Source of the DNA: a virus
Taxonomy: Duplodnaviria; Caudoviricetes
DNA length: 64,000 nucleotides
IMG/VR virus record: IMGVR_UViG_3300021431_000005
Location: 53,053 to 117,052 of that record
Direction: 5' to 3' (one strand)
Shown here: positions 49,557-59,547 of the stretch, one piece after another
Layout: each line of letters starts with the position of its first letter
Position numbering within the stretch: the stretch's first letter is position 1
The notes under the pieces: generated by a model
Databases searched by the model: none
Told to the model about the DNA's origin: nothing
Seen by the model: the letters and a program-made list of their open reading frames with translations, nothing else
Made by a program: the position numbers and the translations under genes

Positions 49557-49853
49557 ATGAGAAGCACTGGAATTATAAGACGTATAGATGACCTTGGAAG
49601 AGTTGTGATTCCGAAAGAAGTCAGATGCTCAATGAAAATCCGCGAGGGCGATCCCTTGGAAATATATGTAGACAAGGATTGCGGAATGGTGTGCTTTCAG
49701 AAGGTTGATACAAGAACTGATGTTTGCACCGAACTGAGGCTGATTAAGGAAAAGTATTCAGACCTTCTTTCCGTATCAGAAGAGGTAATGATAAACAATT
49801 GTATCGAGAAAATCAAACAGAGAAGTAACAAGGATAATGATTCTAACGAATAA
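49557..49853 (+). CDS. AbrB/SpoVT-family transcription regulator
   Basis: MRSTGIIRRIDDLGRVVIPKEVR...IREGDPLEI. Confidence 0.92.
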   Translation: MRSTGIIRRIDDLGRVVIPKEVRCSMKIREGDPLEIYVDKDCGMVCFQKVDTRTDVCTELRLIKEKYSDLLSVSEEVMINNCIEKIKQRSNKDNDSNE

Positions 49854-49865
49854 AGGAGGAACAGT

Positions 49866-50213
49866 ATGCAGGTCGTGATTATAAAAGAAGAGGACGGCGC
49901 TTTGCTTATAAATGGCACACCACTATCTTATGAGCAATTATTACAATTGAAAAGATATTTTATAAAGAGGGAGGCCGAGGACTATATCGCCAAACGAATT
50001 CTTGTTGAAACAGAGGGAACTCAGGAAGAGAAAATGATACTATATGAAACAATTGTTAAAGACGAAGCACTAATGGATCATATAGCAAACGAATTTTGTG
50101 CATGGTATAGTATTGTTGAACAGACAAATCCAGTCATTGAAAACACTTTTGTTAAGGCTATTCACTCATTGATTGATTTCGATAGAGAAATGAGAGAGTT
50201 GAAGGGAGAGTAA
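49866..50213 (+). CDS. Hypothetical protein
   Basis: AAAGGAGG SD. Confidence 0.65.
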   Translation: MQVVIIKEEDGALLINGTPLSYEQLLQLKRYFIKREAEDYIAKRILVETEGTQEEKMILYETIVKDEALMDHIANEFCAWYSIVEQTNPVIENTFVKAIHSLIDFDREMRELKGE

Positions 50214-50376
50214 TATGTACCAAAACGAAAAGGGCGAGTACGTTGTAATCAAAACGTATACCAACGAAGACGGTGAAGAAGTTAAGCAGTGCAAAACTTA
50301 TCAGGCTAATGGGTGGGTGAGAATCGAAGAGTATTATCCTGACGGCACAGTAACAGAAACATACGAAAAGGAGTGA

Positions 50377-50598
50377 GTGTATGTGAAGGTTAAGATAGGG
50401 ATAGAATTTGAGGAAAACTTCAACGAAATACCTGACGATATTGATGATATGTATTTAGCAGATATGGTCAAAGATATAGTATTTCTGGTCGAGGAAAGAC
50501 TCAAAGAGATGGATATTGGGATTACGAATTATTGTTATATGACAGAAAACGATGCTACTTCATTAGAATATCTTGAAGGAATATTCGGCGAAAAATAA
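50377..50598 (+). CDS. Acidic hypothetical protein
   Basis: AAGGAG SD. Confidence 0.6.
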   Translation: MYVKVKIGIEFEENFNEIPDDIDDMYLADMVKDIVFLVEERLKEMDIGITNYCYMTENDATSLEYLEGIFGEK

Positions 50599-50610
50599 AA
50601 AGGTGAACTC

Positions 50611-50862
50611 ATGTATGTGATAAAAAAGTATAAGTCCGAGACATTTGGGAATACAGCCACAATAGAGAGGGGGCGAATGAAGCCTTATAAAGAAGCAGAG
50701 GAGTCAATAAGTTATAGACTTTGTTGCTATGCTGATTATAACAATAGTATGTTGTATTATTGTAGTTGTTTTGAAACATTCGATGAAGCCTACAATAAAC
50801 TAATGAGCTTGTCGTGCGGCGAGTGGAAAGAAGATATGGTAAACAAGAAGGTGAAATATTGA
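50611..50862 (+). CDS. Hypothetical protein
   Basis: AAGGTG SD. Confidence 0.6.
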   Translation: MYVIKKYKSETFGNTATIERGRMKPYKEAEESISYRLCCYADYNNSMLYYCSCFETFDEAYNKLMSLSCGEWKEDMVNKKVKY

Positions 50863-51022
50863 TACAATCTTATTACATTGGTGGAACTGGTTCGGGAATC
50901 AAAGCGGATACAAAGGAAGAGTTCCTTAGTTATTTAGCCGAAGAGATAGATCGTGCCGAGTTTGATGGCGCACTTAATTTTGATGTGCAAATAATAATAG
51001 ATACCGAAAGGAACGATAACAT

Positions 51023-51325
51023 ATGAAGAGAGCAATTAGACGAGGAGTATTTGAAACCAATTCGAGCAGTGTACATTCAATAACAATGTGTACAGAAGAC
51101 GAATGGAACGAGTGGAAACGGGGAGAACTTGTGTGGGATTATCTTACCGAAAAGTTGATTCCTGTAAATAATGATGTGGGAGAGGTCGATAATGGTCGGT
51201 ACTATTCTTATGAGAATTGGTTCGACGGTGGTTGGTTCAGAGATTATTATGATAGATACCATGACGAATATACTCTTCCAAATGGAGAGGTTATTCATGC
51301 TTTCGGATATTACGGGCATGATTAA
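51023..51325 (+). CDS. FETNSSS-motif phage protein
   Basis: IRRGVFETNSSSVHSI; C-terminal AFGYYGHD. Confidence 0.75.
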   Translation: MKRAIRRGVFETNSSSVHSITMCTEDEWNEWKRGELVWDYLTEKLIPVNNDVGEVDNGRYYSYENWFDGGWFRDYYDRYHDEYTLPNGEVIHAFGYYGHD

Positions 51326-51406
51326 ATAACGAGTTTTCGACCCCTCTTGGACAAAACTGAGAGGGGTTATATACATAAATAACTATAATTATTGGAGGGC
51401 TAACAA

Positions 51407-51886
51407 ATGTCAGCAAACAAAAACGAAAGATACGAAAAGTGGTACGCAGAAGCAAAGAAGCAGACACTTGAAACACTTCCTGCGTTCATGAAGAAAATAC
51501 TTGACGAACCACAGGACTATAACTCAATCGTAGAAGCGGTTGCTGCTTGCGCTATTGGTGCGGCTTGGGCGGCAGACCATCACAAAAATGGTGGAATCAC
51601 GGGCTTTCAAGGTAGCTGTGTCATGTGGCGTTTTGTTCAGTATTGGATGAGCTTGCAGGATAGTTGCGGTTTGAGAATAATAAACTACGATGATATGCTT
51701 TATCCGCAGTGTGAGTACAAGTTTACTGAAAAGACTATCAACAAAGAAACGTGGGAAGCTATGCAGAAAAAGGCTGCTGAATTTTGGAACGAATGTGGTG
51801 GCAGCCATGCTGCGGATCGTGTACTTGGCCATTGGCGTTCAATCATGGAAGGCAATGTGCCGTTTGGGTATAAGGTCGAAGATTAA
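51407..51886 (+). CDS. Conserved phage hypothetical protein
   Basis: GGITGFQ...YDDMLYPQ...HW.SI..G.VPFGY. Confidence 0.7.
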   Translation: MSANKNERYEKWYAEAKKQTLETLPAFMKKILDEPQDYNSIVEAVAACAIGAAWAADHHKNGGITGFQGSCVMWRFVQYWMSLQDSCGLRIINYDDMLYPQCEYKFTEKTINKETWEAMQKKAAEFWNECGGSHAADRVLGHWRSIMEGNVPFGYKVED

Positions 51887-51940
51887 GAAGAAATAACAAA
51901 TGAAGGAGAACTAAAAAAATACGGATAGGGTTAGTTTATC

Positions 51941-52186
51941 TTGGAGGTAATCAATGTGAGAACTAAAAGAGTAGAATATGACAGAGGATGTTTTGTAAAA
52001 GATGAGGCACTTGAAAAAGAGATTGACTTTAAGGCAAGAGAGTTTGTTAATGACATACTGGATGGTGTTGGTAAAGACTATGCAATTCACGACTTAGAGC
52101 CAATTATAGTCGATACTATAATTGGTTTAATTGCAGGCAGGGCGATAGACGAATGTGCTATACTTATGAAAGAATTGGAGGAATAA
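51941..52186 (+). CDS. Hypothetical protein
   Basis: ORF in array. Confidence 0.55.
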   Translation: MEVINVRTKRVEYDRGCFVKDEALEKEIDFKAREFVNDILDGVGKDYAIHDLEPIIVDTIIGLIAGRAIDECAILMKELEE

Positions 52187-52189
52187 CAA

Positions 52190-52513
52190 ATGAGTGCAGA
52201 TTACAACTTATATGTGAAAAAAGAATATCCCGAACCTGACGAGTGTATTTATGGAATAAGTGCAGGTGGTTGTCTCAACAGTAATATTATTCATTTACTC
52301 TTTCGGATAATTCAAGAACGTAACTGTGTGCGTGATGAGTGGAATGATATTCGTCTTTGTAAAGTTTGCAGGCGTGATTTTATAGCCATTCGAGAACTTT
52401 TGTTATCCAACGATAATATAGATGAGTTTAAACGAGAGATTGCATTGGGACAATTGGACGAGATAGTAAACAGTTGTTCTGATGAAGATAGGCTGATCTT
52501 AGAAAGTTGTTGA
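52190..52513 (+). CDS. Hypothetical protein
   Basis: GGAGG SD. Confidence 0.6.
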   Translation: MSADYNLYVKKEYPEPDECIYGISAGGCLNSNIIHLLFRIIQERNCVRDEWNDIRLCKVCRRDFIAIRELLLSNDNIDEFKREIALGQLDEIVNSCSDEDRLILESC

Positions 52514-52520
52514 TAAGAGG

Positions 52521-52844
52521 GTGACTATGATTGTATTTATTTTGCGTATGCCCAATGTTGGCTTACGGAATAATAAACTGAGTGGTTCAAACCGTCTTTA
52601 TTATAGTGCATATTGTGATAATTTTGTTCCGAAGAATCTTGTCGGAAACATATATTATTATGACTTTGGTGATGGTCGGACTGCTTCAATTGAAGTTAAA
52701 AAAATGCCTTGTGAAGAAGCTCGCAAAATGGAAGAAAAATCCCATGGGTTTTATGGTAGCGATTGGATGATAAAGTCACTGATTAAATATGGTGAAATAA
52801 AGGCGCTGAATAATGAGAGTAATGGAAATCAGACGGTTTTATAA
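52521..52844 (+). CDS. Hypothetical protein
   Basis: YDFGDG and GF.G.DWMI.S motifs. Confidence 0.6.
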   Translation: MTMIVFILRMPNVGLRNNKLSGSNRLYYSAYCDNFVPKNLVGNIYYYDFGDGRTASIEVKKMPCEEARKMEEKSHGFYGSDWMIKSLIKYGEIKALNNESNGNQTVL

Positions 52845-52913
52845 CAGAAGGAGTAAAACAATGAACGATATTAAAGAACTCGAAGAAAGAGTTGTCGATA
52901 GGAGGAATAACAA

Positions 52914-53291
52914 ATGAGCAATATAATTCTGCTATTATCAATGATATTCTTGCATATAGTAGATGATTATTATTTGCAAGGTGTACTGGCACAAATGAAA
53001 CAAAAGCAGTGGTGGATAGATAATGCGCCTAAAGAATTGTACAAGCATGATTACATCATGGCTCTGATCGAACACGCATTTTCGTGGACATTTATGATTC
53101 ATGTTCCTTTGTTTTGGGCGTATCATTCCAACACGAACATATACTTATTCGCAATTCTGTTTGTGTCGAATTGGATTATTCACGCAGTAGTTGATAACGC
53201 TAAAGCAAATAAACTAATCATAAACTTGTGTCAAGATCAGATAATACACATCATACAAATAATTGTGTTATGGCTTTGCTATGTAAAATGA
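52914..53291 (+). CDS. DUF3307-like membrane protein
   Basis: HIVDDYYLQG, H..SW, IHAVVD..K, DQIIH. Confidence 0.8.
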   Translation: MSNIILLLSMIFLHIVDDYYLQGVLAQMKQKQWWIDNAPKELYKHDYIMALIEHAFSWTFMIHVPLFWAYHSNTNIYLFAILFVSNWIIHAVVDNAKANKLIINLCQDQIIHIIQIIVLWLCYVK

Positions 53292-53304
53292 AGGAGGACT
53301 AATA

Positions 53305-53862
53305 ATGAATACTATTGAACAGCTCGATGAAAGAATCGCCCAGCTTACAGAACTCGTAAAGACTGGTAGTGAAGCAATAAAGAATATGGGAACTGCACTT
53401 AAAGCGGCAGAGGAAGAAAGAGACAGGCTTGCGGATCAGCGGAGAGAACAGGAGCCGAAGTTTGAGAGGGTTGGTAAATATGAAAAATATTATTCTATAC
53501 TATTCGATGGTGCGGCTATGACCTGTCAAGAAAGAGATAATGGTCAAAATAGTTTTGATGATACAAACAATTTTGAATCGAATAATTACTTCAAAACTGT
53601 GCAACGTGCCGAAAATGTTGCCGATAAAATTAACTTTTTATTGAAGCTCGAAAGACTACATGATACGTTCTGTCCTGATTATAAACCCAACTGGAATAGT
53701 GGTGAACGAAAATATTATGTATTCTATGGTCATAATAGTGAATGTTATTCAGTAGGTTCAGTTGGTAATGTCGAGTATGAAACAAATGTATTTTCCCCAA
53801 CATTGGAGATCGCAAAGAAAGTTTGCGATGTTCTTAATAAGGAATTGGAGGAAAAGAAATGA
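53305..53862 (+). CDS. Coiled-coil hypothetical protein
   Basis: AAGGAGG SD; NNYFKT...A, PNW motif. Confidence 0.65.
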   Translation: MNTIEQLDERIAQLTELVKTGSEAIKNMGTALKAAEEERDRLADQRREQEPKFERVGKYEKYYSILFDGAAMTCQERDNGQNSFDDTNNFESNNYFKTVQRAENVADKINFLLKLERLHDTFCPDYKPNWNSGERKYYVFYGHNSECYSVGSVGNVEYETNVFSPTLEIAKKVCDVLNKELEEKK

Positions 53863-54302
53863 TTTGGTGTATTATAGGAACAACACTTTTTATTTTAGCT
53901 TTTGTTTTTAACAAATTAGGTAATATATGTAATGATAAATATCGTGATACAGAAAAACATTCTTATGGCGAGGCAAGCGATGTCTTTGAAGGGCTATGTG
54001 CAGGTTCTTTGCTAATATCTCTTATAATAATAGCAGTATCATCAACATTGCTTATACTATCTCATAGTTATGTTGGAAAATCTGCAATTCAAAGAGCTAA
54101 AGACCAGCATGACGTTTATATTATATTACTTGAAGAAAATAAAGACATCACTATACAGAATCAACTATATAAAGATATAGTTGAATACAATGCAGACCTA
54201 AGAAGAAAGAAATACTGTAGTAAGTCTCTTTGGACTAATTGGTTCTATCTTGATGACTGGAATGAAATAGAAGAAATAGAAATAAAGCAAGCGAGGAAAT
54301 AA
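53859..54302 (+). CDS. Membrane protein
   Basis: Two hydrophobic helices. Confidence 0.65.
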   Translation: MIWCIIGTTLFILAFVFNKLGNICNDKYRDTEKHSYGEASDVFEGLCAGSLLISLIIIAVSSTLLILSHSYVGKSAIQRAKDQHDVYIILLEENKDITIQNQLYKDIVEYNADLRRKKYCSKSLWTNWFYLDDWNEIEEIEIKQARK

Positions 54303-54305
54303 GCA

Positions 54306-54635
54306 ATGAATAATACATTTATCAAAGTGTTTAACAGAATGAGTAGCTTTTTATCTGCTGAGACAACAATGTTTATGAGGGTACAAAGGCTTACTTCGTC
54401 TTGCCTAAAATCATCAATGTTTAAATACGACATTCTTGCCGCTGCCGAGATAGAACCTTGTAAGCATATGGACGTTTGTGAGACTTTAGGAAGAATGTAT
54501 AAGAAATTACATGATACATCTTGTCAAGAAGAATTTGCTGATGATGAATTGGTGCATCATTTTAATGTTTATTTTGACGCTAGCTTAAATAGAATTGATG
54601 TTCATATTTATTTGGAAAGAAAGGAAGATAAATAA
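54306..54635 (+). CDS. Hypothetical protein
   Basis: GAGG SD. Confidence 0.55.
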   Translation: MNNTFIKVFNRMSSFLSAETTMFMRVQRLTSSCLKSSMFKYDILAAAEIEPCKHMDVCETLGRMYKKLHDTSCQEEFADDELVHHFNVYFDASLNRIDVHIYLERKEDK

Positions 54636-55009
54636 TGAGAAATATCGAATCGTTTTGCCCTAAGAGTACAAGTTGGCTCGAAGTTAGAGATAACTGGTAT
54701 CCAGCTTATGAGCGAAATAATAAACTATGGGTTGAAGCAACGATTAGTGCAATCTCTGGATATATTGATTACTCGTATACAGGCGAGGGGCTTGATCGTA
54801 AGTGTAATGAAAAGCGTTATAATTACGGAGTGAATATTATGTTCTGGGGTGCTGACGACTTCGCTTTAGAAAAGAGTATTGGAACAAACGACTTTGACGA
54901 GGCTGTTAAGATTTATAGGCAGTTCAGAAAGCTGATAAGAAAAATAAAGAAGATGGGAACAATGGATTTGCAGTGGTTCTTGCATGAACGAGGTTTTGCA
55001 CGTTGGTGA
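54635..55009 (+). CDS. Hypothetical protein
   Basis: TAATG coupling; WGADDF motif. Confidence 0.6.
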   Translation: MRNIESFCPKSTSWLEVRDNWYPAYERNNKLWVEATISAISGYIDYSYTGEGLDRKCNEKRYNYGVNIMFWGADDFALEKSIGTNDFDEAVKIYRQFRKLIRKIKKMGTMDLQWFLHERGFARW

Positions 55010-55018
55010 GGTGATAAA

Positions 55019-55414
55019 GTGAAAGATTGGAAACACGCAACTAAGCAAGAAGTTGATAATATGACTTACAATGAAGCTGTCGAGATAGTTCAAGAACAGA
55101 TTGACATGAAAGAAAAGAAAGACAAAGATAGTGAAGAGTGGTGTGCAGGAACGTATACCGCACAGGCTTATCAGATTGTTCTTCATAGAGCTTTACACGC
55201 AAACGGAGTGAGAGAATCTTTAATGGCAGCTCTTAAACGAAACCATGAATTAAGAGATGAAAATACAAGATTGCGATATATGCTTTGGGAAATAATCAAC
55301 GAATGTAATAAACCTCATTATGACCGCAAAGATGATTTGAATAGCTACTATAAAATATGTAGTATTATTAAAGATGCAAATGAATACTTGGAAAAGAAAG
55401 GAGACCGTATATGA
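55019..55414 (+). CDS. Hypothetical protein (paralog of 56807-57139)
   Basis: MKDWKHATKQEVDNMTYNEA. Confidence 0.65.
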   Translation: MKDWKHATKQEVDNMTYNEAVEIVQEQIDMKEKKDKDSEEWCAGTYTAQAYQIVLHRALHANGVRESLMAALKRNHELRDENTRLRYMLWEIINECNKPHYDRKDDLNSYYKICSIIKDANEYLEKKGDRI

Positions 55415-55770
55415 ACAAAAAAGCAAGGAAAATAAAAACAATCATACACAAAGTCTTGATAGGCATAGCGATTTGTATACCAATCATTTCATTTATTGGG
55501 ATTGCTTTTTATAGTGTATATGGCACGAAAGAAACAGTGACTATTACAGTAGCAGATAAAGCAATCAAACGCTATGATAAATCAGACAAATATATCATAT
55601 ACACCGATGAGGAAACCTTTGAAATCACAGACGAAATTCTTCTTGGGCGATTTAATTCGTCAGATGATTACGGCAGTTTGAAAGTTGGCGAGACTTATAC
55701 TGTGACTGTGAATGGTTGGCGAGTTCCCTTTTTGTCTTGGTATAGAAACATTATTGAGATAAATGAATGA
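55411..55770 (+). CDS. Membrane-anchored OB-fold-like protein (DUF1523-like)
   Basis: N-terminal TM; FNSSD.YG.L..G..Y...V.GWR.PFLSWYRNI. Confidence 0.7.
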   Translation: MNKKARKIKTIIHKVLIGIAICIPIISFIGIAFYSVYGTKETVTITVADKAIKRYDKSDKYIIYTDEETFEITDEILLGRFNSSDDYGSLKVGETYTVTVNGWRVPFLSWYRNIIEINE

Positions 55771-55784
55771 AGGGAGGGGCTTAA

Positions 55785-56810
55785 ATGAATAATCTCAATC
55801 AATACATTAGTGATAATCTTTCTAAGATTGGTAAGTCAATCAACCCAGAAGATTATACTTTTTTAAATACAAACCCACATCTTCATACTCCTATTTTAAT
55901 TGGTCTTGGTGGTTCACACTCTTACGGAACCAATATAGAAACATCAGATATGGATATACGAGGTATAGCTCTTAACTCCAAAAAGGAAATACTACTTGGA
56001 AATGGGTTTGAACAAGTAGTAAACGAAGCCACAGATACTACAATCTATTCTTTAAAGAAAATTGTTGGGCTTCTAACTAATTGTAATCCTAATGTAATTG
56101 AAATGTTAGGATTAAAGCCTGAGCATTATCTTTATCTTTCTGGAACTGGGAAAGAACTTCTCACCAATAAGGATATGTTTCTTTCTAATAGATGTGTCAA
56201 ATCCTTCATGGGCTATGCTAATAGTCAGCTTTATAGGCTGCGGCAGAAAACAACCGTAGCAATGACAGAAGCAGAATTGAACGAGCATATCTGCAAAACG
56301 CTTAACGGAATGAGAGATATGCTTGAACAGAATCATTCAATGAACGGAATTGATGTTCGTTTAAAAGACGGAAAAATTGTTCTTGACCTTAATCTTAAAG
56401 ATTATCCCGTAGAAGATTTGAGTGCGGTGTTGGGTGTGTTTAATAATACACTTAGAGAGTATAATGGCGTGAGTCGTAGAAATGAAAGAGCAATTGCACA
56501 TGGTAAAATTGCAAAGCATTCTATGCACCTCTTACGTTTGTACATGATGTGTGAAGATATTCTTCTCTATGGTGAAATTAACACTTATAGAGAGAAGGAA
56601 CATGATCTACTTATGAGCGTTAGAAATGGAGATTTTCTTGGAGAAGACGGGAAACCCAACAATGAATTTTTTGAACTTGTAAAAGAATACGACGATAGAC
56701 TTCAAAGAGCAAAAGAAAAATCTGTTCTTCCTGACAAACCGGACATAAAACGGATTGAGGATTTTGTTGTTGGAGTAAATGATTGTATTGTGCATGAGGT
56801 GATAAAATGA
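55785..56810 (+). CDS. DNA polymerase-beta superfamily nucleotidyltransferase (Nuc-transf/YcgL-like)
   Basis: GGSHSYGT...SDMDIRG; NPNVIE; KHSMHLLRL. Confidence 0.88.
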   Translation: MNNLNQYISDNLSKIGKSINPEDYTFLNTNPHLHTPILIGLGGSHSYGTNIETSDMDIRGIALNSKKEILLGNGFEQVVNEATDTTIYSLKKIVGLLTNCNPNVIEMLGLKPEHYLYLSGTGKELLTNKDMFLSNRCVKSFMGYANSQLYRLRQKTTVAMTEAELNEHICKTLNGMRDMLEQNHSMNGIDVRLKDGKIVLDLNLKDYPVEDLSAVLGVFNNTLREYNGVSRRNERAIAHGKIAKHSMHLLRLYMMCEDILLYGEINTYREKEHDLLMSVRNGDFLGEDGKPNNEFFELVKEYDDRLQRAKEKSVLPDKPDIKRIEDFVVGVNDCIVHEVIK

Positions 56811-57139
56811 AAGATTGGAAATACGCAACTCGGCAAGAAATCAACAATATGACTTACAATGAAGCTTGTGAGATCATTCAGCGACACATTGATAATGGTG
56901 TACGAGCGACGGAACAACTCGATCATGGTTCTCGTAGAGGAACTGATTTCGCACCGAGAGCGCATATGACAAAGGCTTTACAGATAATTGTTGATAGAGC
57001 AGATAAAACCCAGAAGTATGAAGAGTTTCTTTGGGAAATAATCAATGAAACGCATAAAGACCATTATGGTGATCCTGCACTTGCGTATTCAATAATATGT
57101 GATATGCTTTCAGAAGTTGAAGAGCAGATGAGAGAATGA
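56807..57139 (+). CDS. Hypothetical protein (paralog of 55019-55414)
   Basis: MKDWKYATRQEINNMTYNEA. Confidence 0.65.
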   Translation: MKDWKYATRQEINNMTYNEACEIIQRHIDNGVRATEQLDHGSRRGTDFAPRAHMTKALQIIVDRADKTQKYEEFLWEIINETHKDHYGDPALAYSIICDMLSEVEEQMRE

Positions 57140-57172
57140 AACGAGATTTTCATTATGAGGTAAAAAACAAAT

Positions 57173-57403
57173 ATGACAGAATCAAATTTTATGAAAATAA
57201 TACTTAATGCGTCTGATGAAGAATTAAACGTTTATGCTAAAGAATGTAATGCTTGTGCTTCTTGTGGTGTTTGGGATGAAAATAGTAAAATGTATTCGTT
57301 ATTATGTGAATACGCTTACTGGAACAATGGGGATTTTGTGCCAGCAATGAATATTATCATAGCAGTAGCATTGGAATTTATGAAGCGAAATGCAAAGGAG
57401 TAA
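57173..57403 (+). CDS. Hypothetical protein
   Basis: GAGGT SD. Confidence 0.55.
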   Translation: MTESNFMKIILNASDEELNVYAKECNACASCGVWDENSKMYSLLCEYAYWNNGDFVPAMNIIIAVALEFMKRNAKE

Positions 57404-57409
57404 AAAATA

Positions 57410-57757
57410 ATGAAACTTGAAATGCTATCAAATATTATCAACGATCTTTGGCACGAGAATGACGTAGACGAAATAAGGGTTCAACTGAGGCTTAATAAGT
57501 CTCAGTTTAGACACGATGCTATGACGTATGATGTGGTTCTAATTTGCCGAGATATATCCGCCAGCGACGAGGACGATCGCAAGCATATCATCAACAACGC
57601 TTTGTTAACTGGTGTTACAAGACTCGCAAAGCTAAAATACGGAATTAAGTACGACCTTCAAATCATTGGCGTGCGTATATCGCCTTCATATATTGACCAT
57701 CGCGTGATGGAGGTAGATGCTACTTTAGGCACATTAGGAGGAACGCTTATTATATGA
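57410..57757 (+). CDS. Hypothetical protein
   Basis: AAAGGAG SD. Confidence 0.6.
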   Translation: MKLEMLSNIINDLWHENDVDEIRVQLRLNKSQFRHDAMTYDVVLICRDISASDEDDRKHIINNALLTGVTRLAKLKYGIKYDLQIIGVRISPSYIDHRVMEVDATLGTLGGTLII

Positions 57758-57926
57758 AAGTTTATGTTGTATATCGTGAAGCTTTTTGTCGGTATGGCTT
57801 TATTGATAAACGTTTGGTAGCAATCTTTAGTAAAGAAGAATACGCCATTGCGTATTGTGAAAGACAAGCTGTTGGTTTAGATGCATATTGGTATGACGTA
57901 GAATATGTAGATAGCGAGGTGAAAAA

Positions 57927-58250
57927 ATGAAGATATTGATAGATATTCCGCAAGATTTTGAAAAACATTTCAACGAAGATAGATTTGAGGATAGCTTGAA
58001 GCGTATTATAACAGATGTCAATCATCAAATTGAAAATGAACTTTCAATTAGCGGACTGTACGAGATTGAAACTTGTGAAATGCTGATAGGAGCATTTAAG
58101 AATGCAGAAATCAGAAAGGTCGGTCATTGGATAGGCATTGGTAACATAGATATGTGTTGCTCAGAATGTGGTAATACGCCAAACCATGAACCGGGAATGA
58201 CACCAGAAGCAACAGATTATTGTCCTTATTGCGGTACGGAAATGGAGTGA
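57927..58250 (+). CDS. Zn-ribbon hypothetical protein
   Basis: GHW...CSECG...YCPYCG. Confidence 0.7.
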   Translation: MKILIDIPQDFEKHFNEDRFEDSLKRIITDVNHQIENELSISGLYEIETCEMLIGAFKNAEIRKVGHWIGIGNIDMCCSECGNTPNHEPGMTPEATDYCPYCGTEME

Positions 58251-58255
58251 TAATA

Positions 58256-58645
58256 ATGAAACCGATTCAAGACGAAATATTCTCAACGATTGATACAATT
58301 CAAGGTGAACCATTCTCAGGAGTCAGTGACACTAATATAGTAAGAGTAATAGGAGTTAAAGAAGCCGCTCGGCGCATAAGAATACATAACAAGATTCATT
58401 ACGCCAAAGAAAGAAACAGTCTGATTATCACAGAAATACTTGAAAGCTGTGCCAGATTGCTTGAAGATATAGAGGCTGGGAAGGTGAAGTATGTGGAATA
58501 CGGAGAATGGAAGTGGGTAGATGATGATCCAAATAATACAGACCTTATATGTACAGTATGTGGGGAGATACAAGATTGTGGACATTTTAAATTCTGTCCA
58601 AATTGCGGCTCAGATATGAGAGGTAAGAAAAATGAAAGCAATTGA
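58256..58645 (+). CDS. Zn-ribbon hypothetical protein
   Basis: GEW...CTVCG...FCPNCG.DM. Confidence 0.7.
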   Translation: MKPIQDEIFSTIDTIQGEPFSGVSDTNIVRVIGVKEAARRIRIHNKIHYAKERNSLIITEILESCARLLEDIEAGKVKYVEYGEWKWVDDDPNNTDLICTVCGEIQDCGHFKFCPNCGSDMRGKKNESN

Positions 58646-58967
58646 TGCAGATAAACTAAAACAAACGATAAGCGAGTTAGATGTAGAATGTTCCGATATA
58701 AAGCGACAAGCGATAATACAAAACACTATTACAAAACTTTTCCCTCAAATTGTTGATGATGAACCAGCTTTATGTGTTGTGCCTACTAAAGAAATCTACA
58801 AGCTGTGTGATACATTGCAAAAATTATCTAATGATAAATGGGAGAGTTTTGAACGTAGTGGTTGTAGTGATAGATATTTACAAGGCAAGGCTCATGCTTA
58901 TAGCATTGTAGTTGATATGATTGATGATTTGTTGGAAGATAAATTGGGAGATGATACTAATGCGTGA
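58632..58967 (+). CDS. Hypothetical protein
   Basis: MKAIDADKL common phage N-terminus. Confidence 0.65.
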   Translation: MKAIDADKLKQTISELDVECSDIKRQAIIQNTITKLFPQIVDDEPALCVVPTKEIYKLCDTLQKLSNDKWESFERSGCSDRYLQGKAHAYSIVVDMIDDLLEDKLGDDTNA

Positions 58968-59148
58968 CCCAAATAGAATAGATGTAATTTGTAATCTGCT
59001 TAGAGAAGTTTGGAAACAATATCCTGATTGGAGATTGGGACAGTTGATCTTCAATCTCACAGGTCGATATGACTGTTTCTATGTGGAAGATGATGCGTTG
59101 GAAGAAGCGTTGAAGATGATTAGGGAGGCGTCGAGTAAACATGATTAG
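58960..59148 (+). CDS. Conserved small phage protein
   Basis: MRDPNRID...W..YPDWRLGQL...FYVED. Confidence 0.75.
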   Translation: MRDPNRIDVICNLLREVWKQYPDWRLGQLIFNLTGRYDCFYVEDDALEEALKMIREASSKHD

Positions 59149-59250
59149 TTTTCTTCTCGGAGTATTTGTGGGCGGATTTATCGGGGTTGCTACAATTTGT
59201 CTGTGTGTTATAGCAAGAGATGATAATATGAATCAAAGGGAGGAAAAGTA

Positions 59251-59532
59251 ATGAATAAACCTTGTTCCAAGTGTACACATCTTCCGACTGTGTGTTGCCG
59301 CCAAAATTGTGACAAATACCAAAAATATGAAAAGTACAAGGAATCTCGTAGGAAATACCGACGAGGTAAACAGATCAAATCTATCGTTGGATTTTTTACA
59401 TATTGCGAAAACAATAATTACATATATTATTTTGACACGGTTCGTCATGTTGAGGTAATAAAAAGTTGGCAGTATCGTATGATCGAGAGAAATATTGATA
59501 GAGGGAATCTTTACAGAGCGATAAAGAAATAA
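59251..59532 (+). CDS. Hypothetical protein
   Basis: GGAGG SD; Cys-rich N-terminus. Confidence 0.6.
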   Translation: MNKPCSKCTHLPTVCCRQNCDKYQKYEKYKESRRKYRRGKQIKSIVGFFTYCENNNYIYYFDTVRHVEVIKSWQYRMIERNIDRGNLYRAIKK

Positions 59533-59547
59533 AATGTAGGAGGAAGT

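Noticed and set aside
52861-52917. Short ORF MNDIKELEERVVDRRNNK
   Set aside because: Resembles the start of 53305-53862; probably a deletion remnant, too short to call
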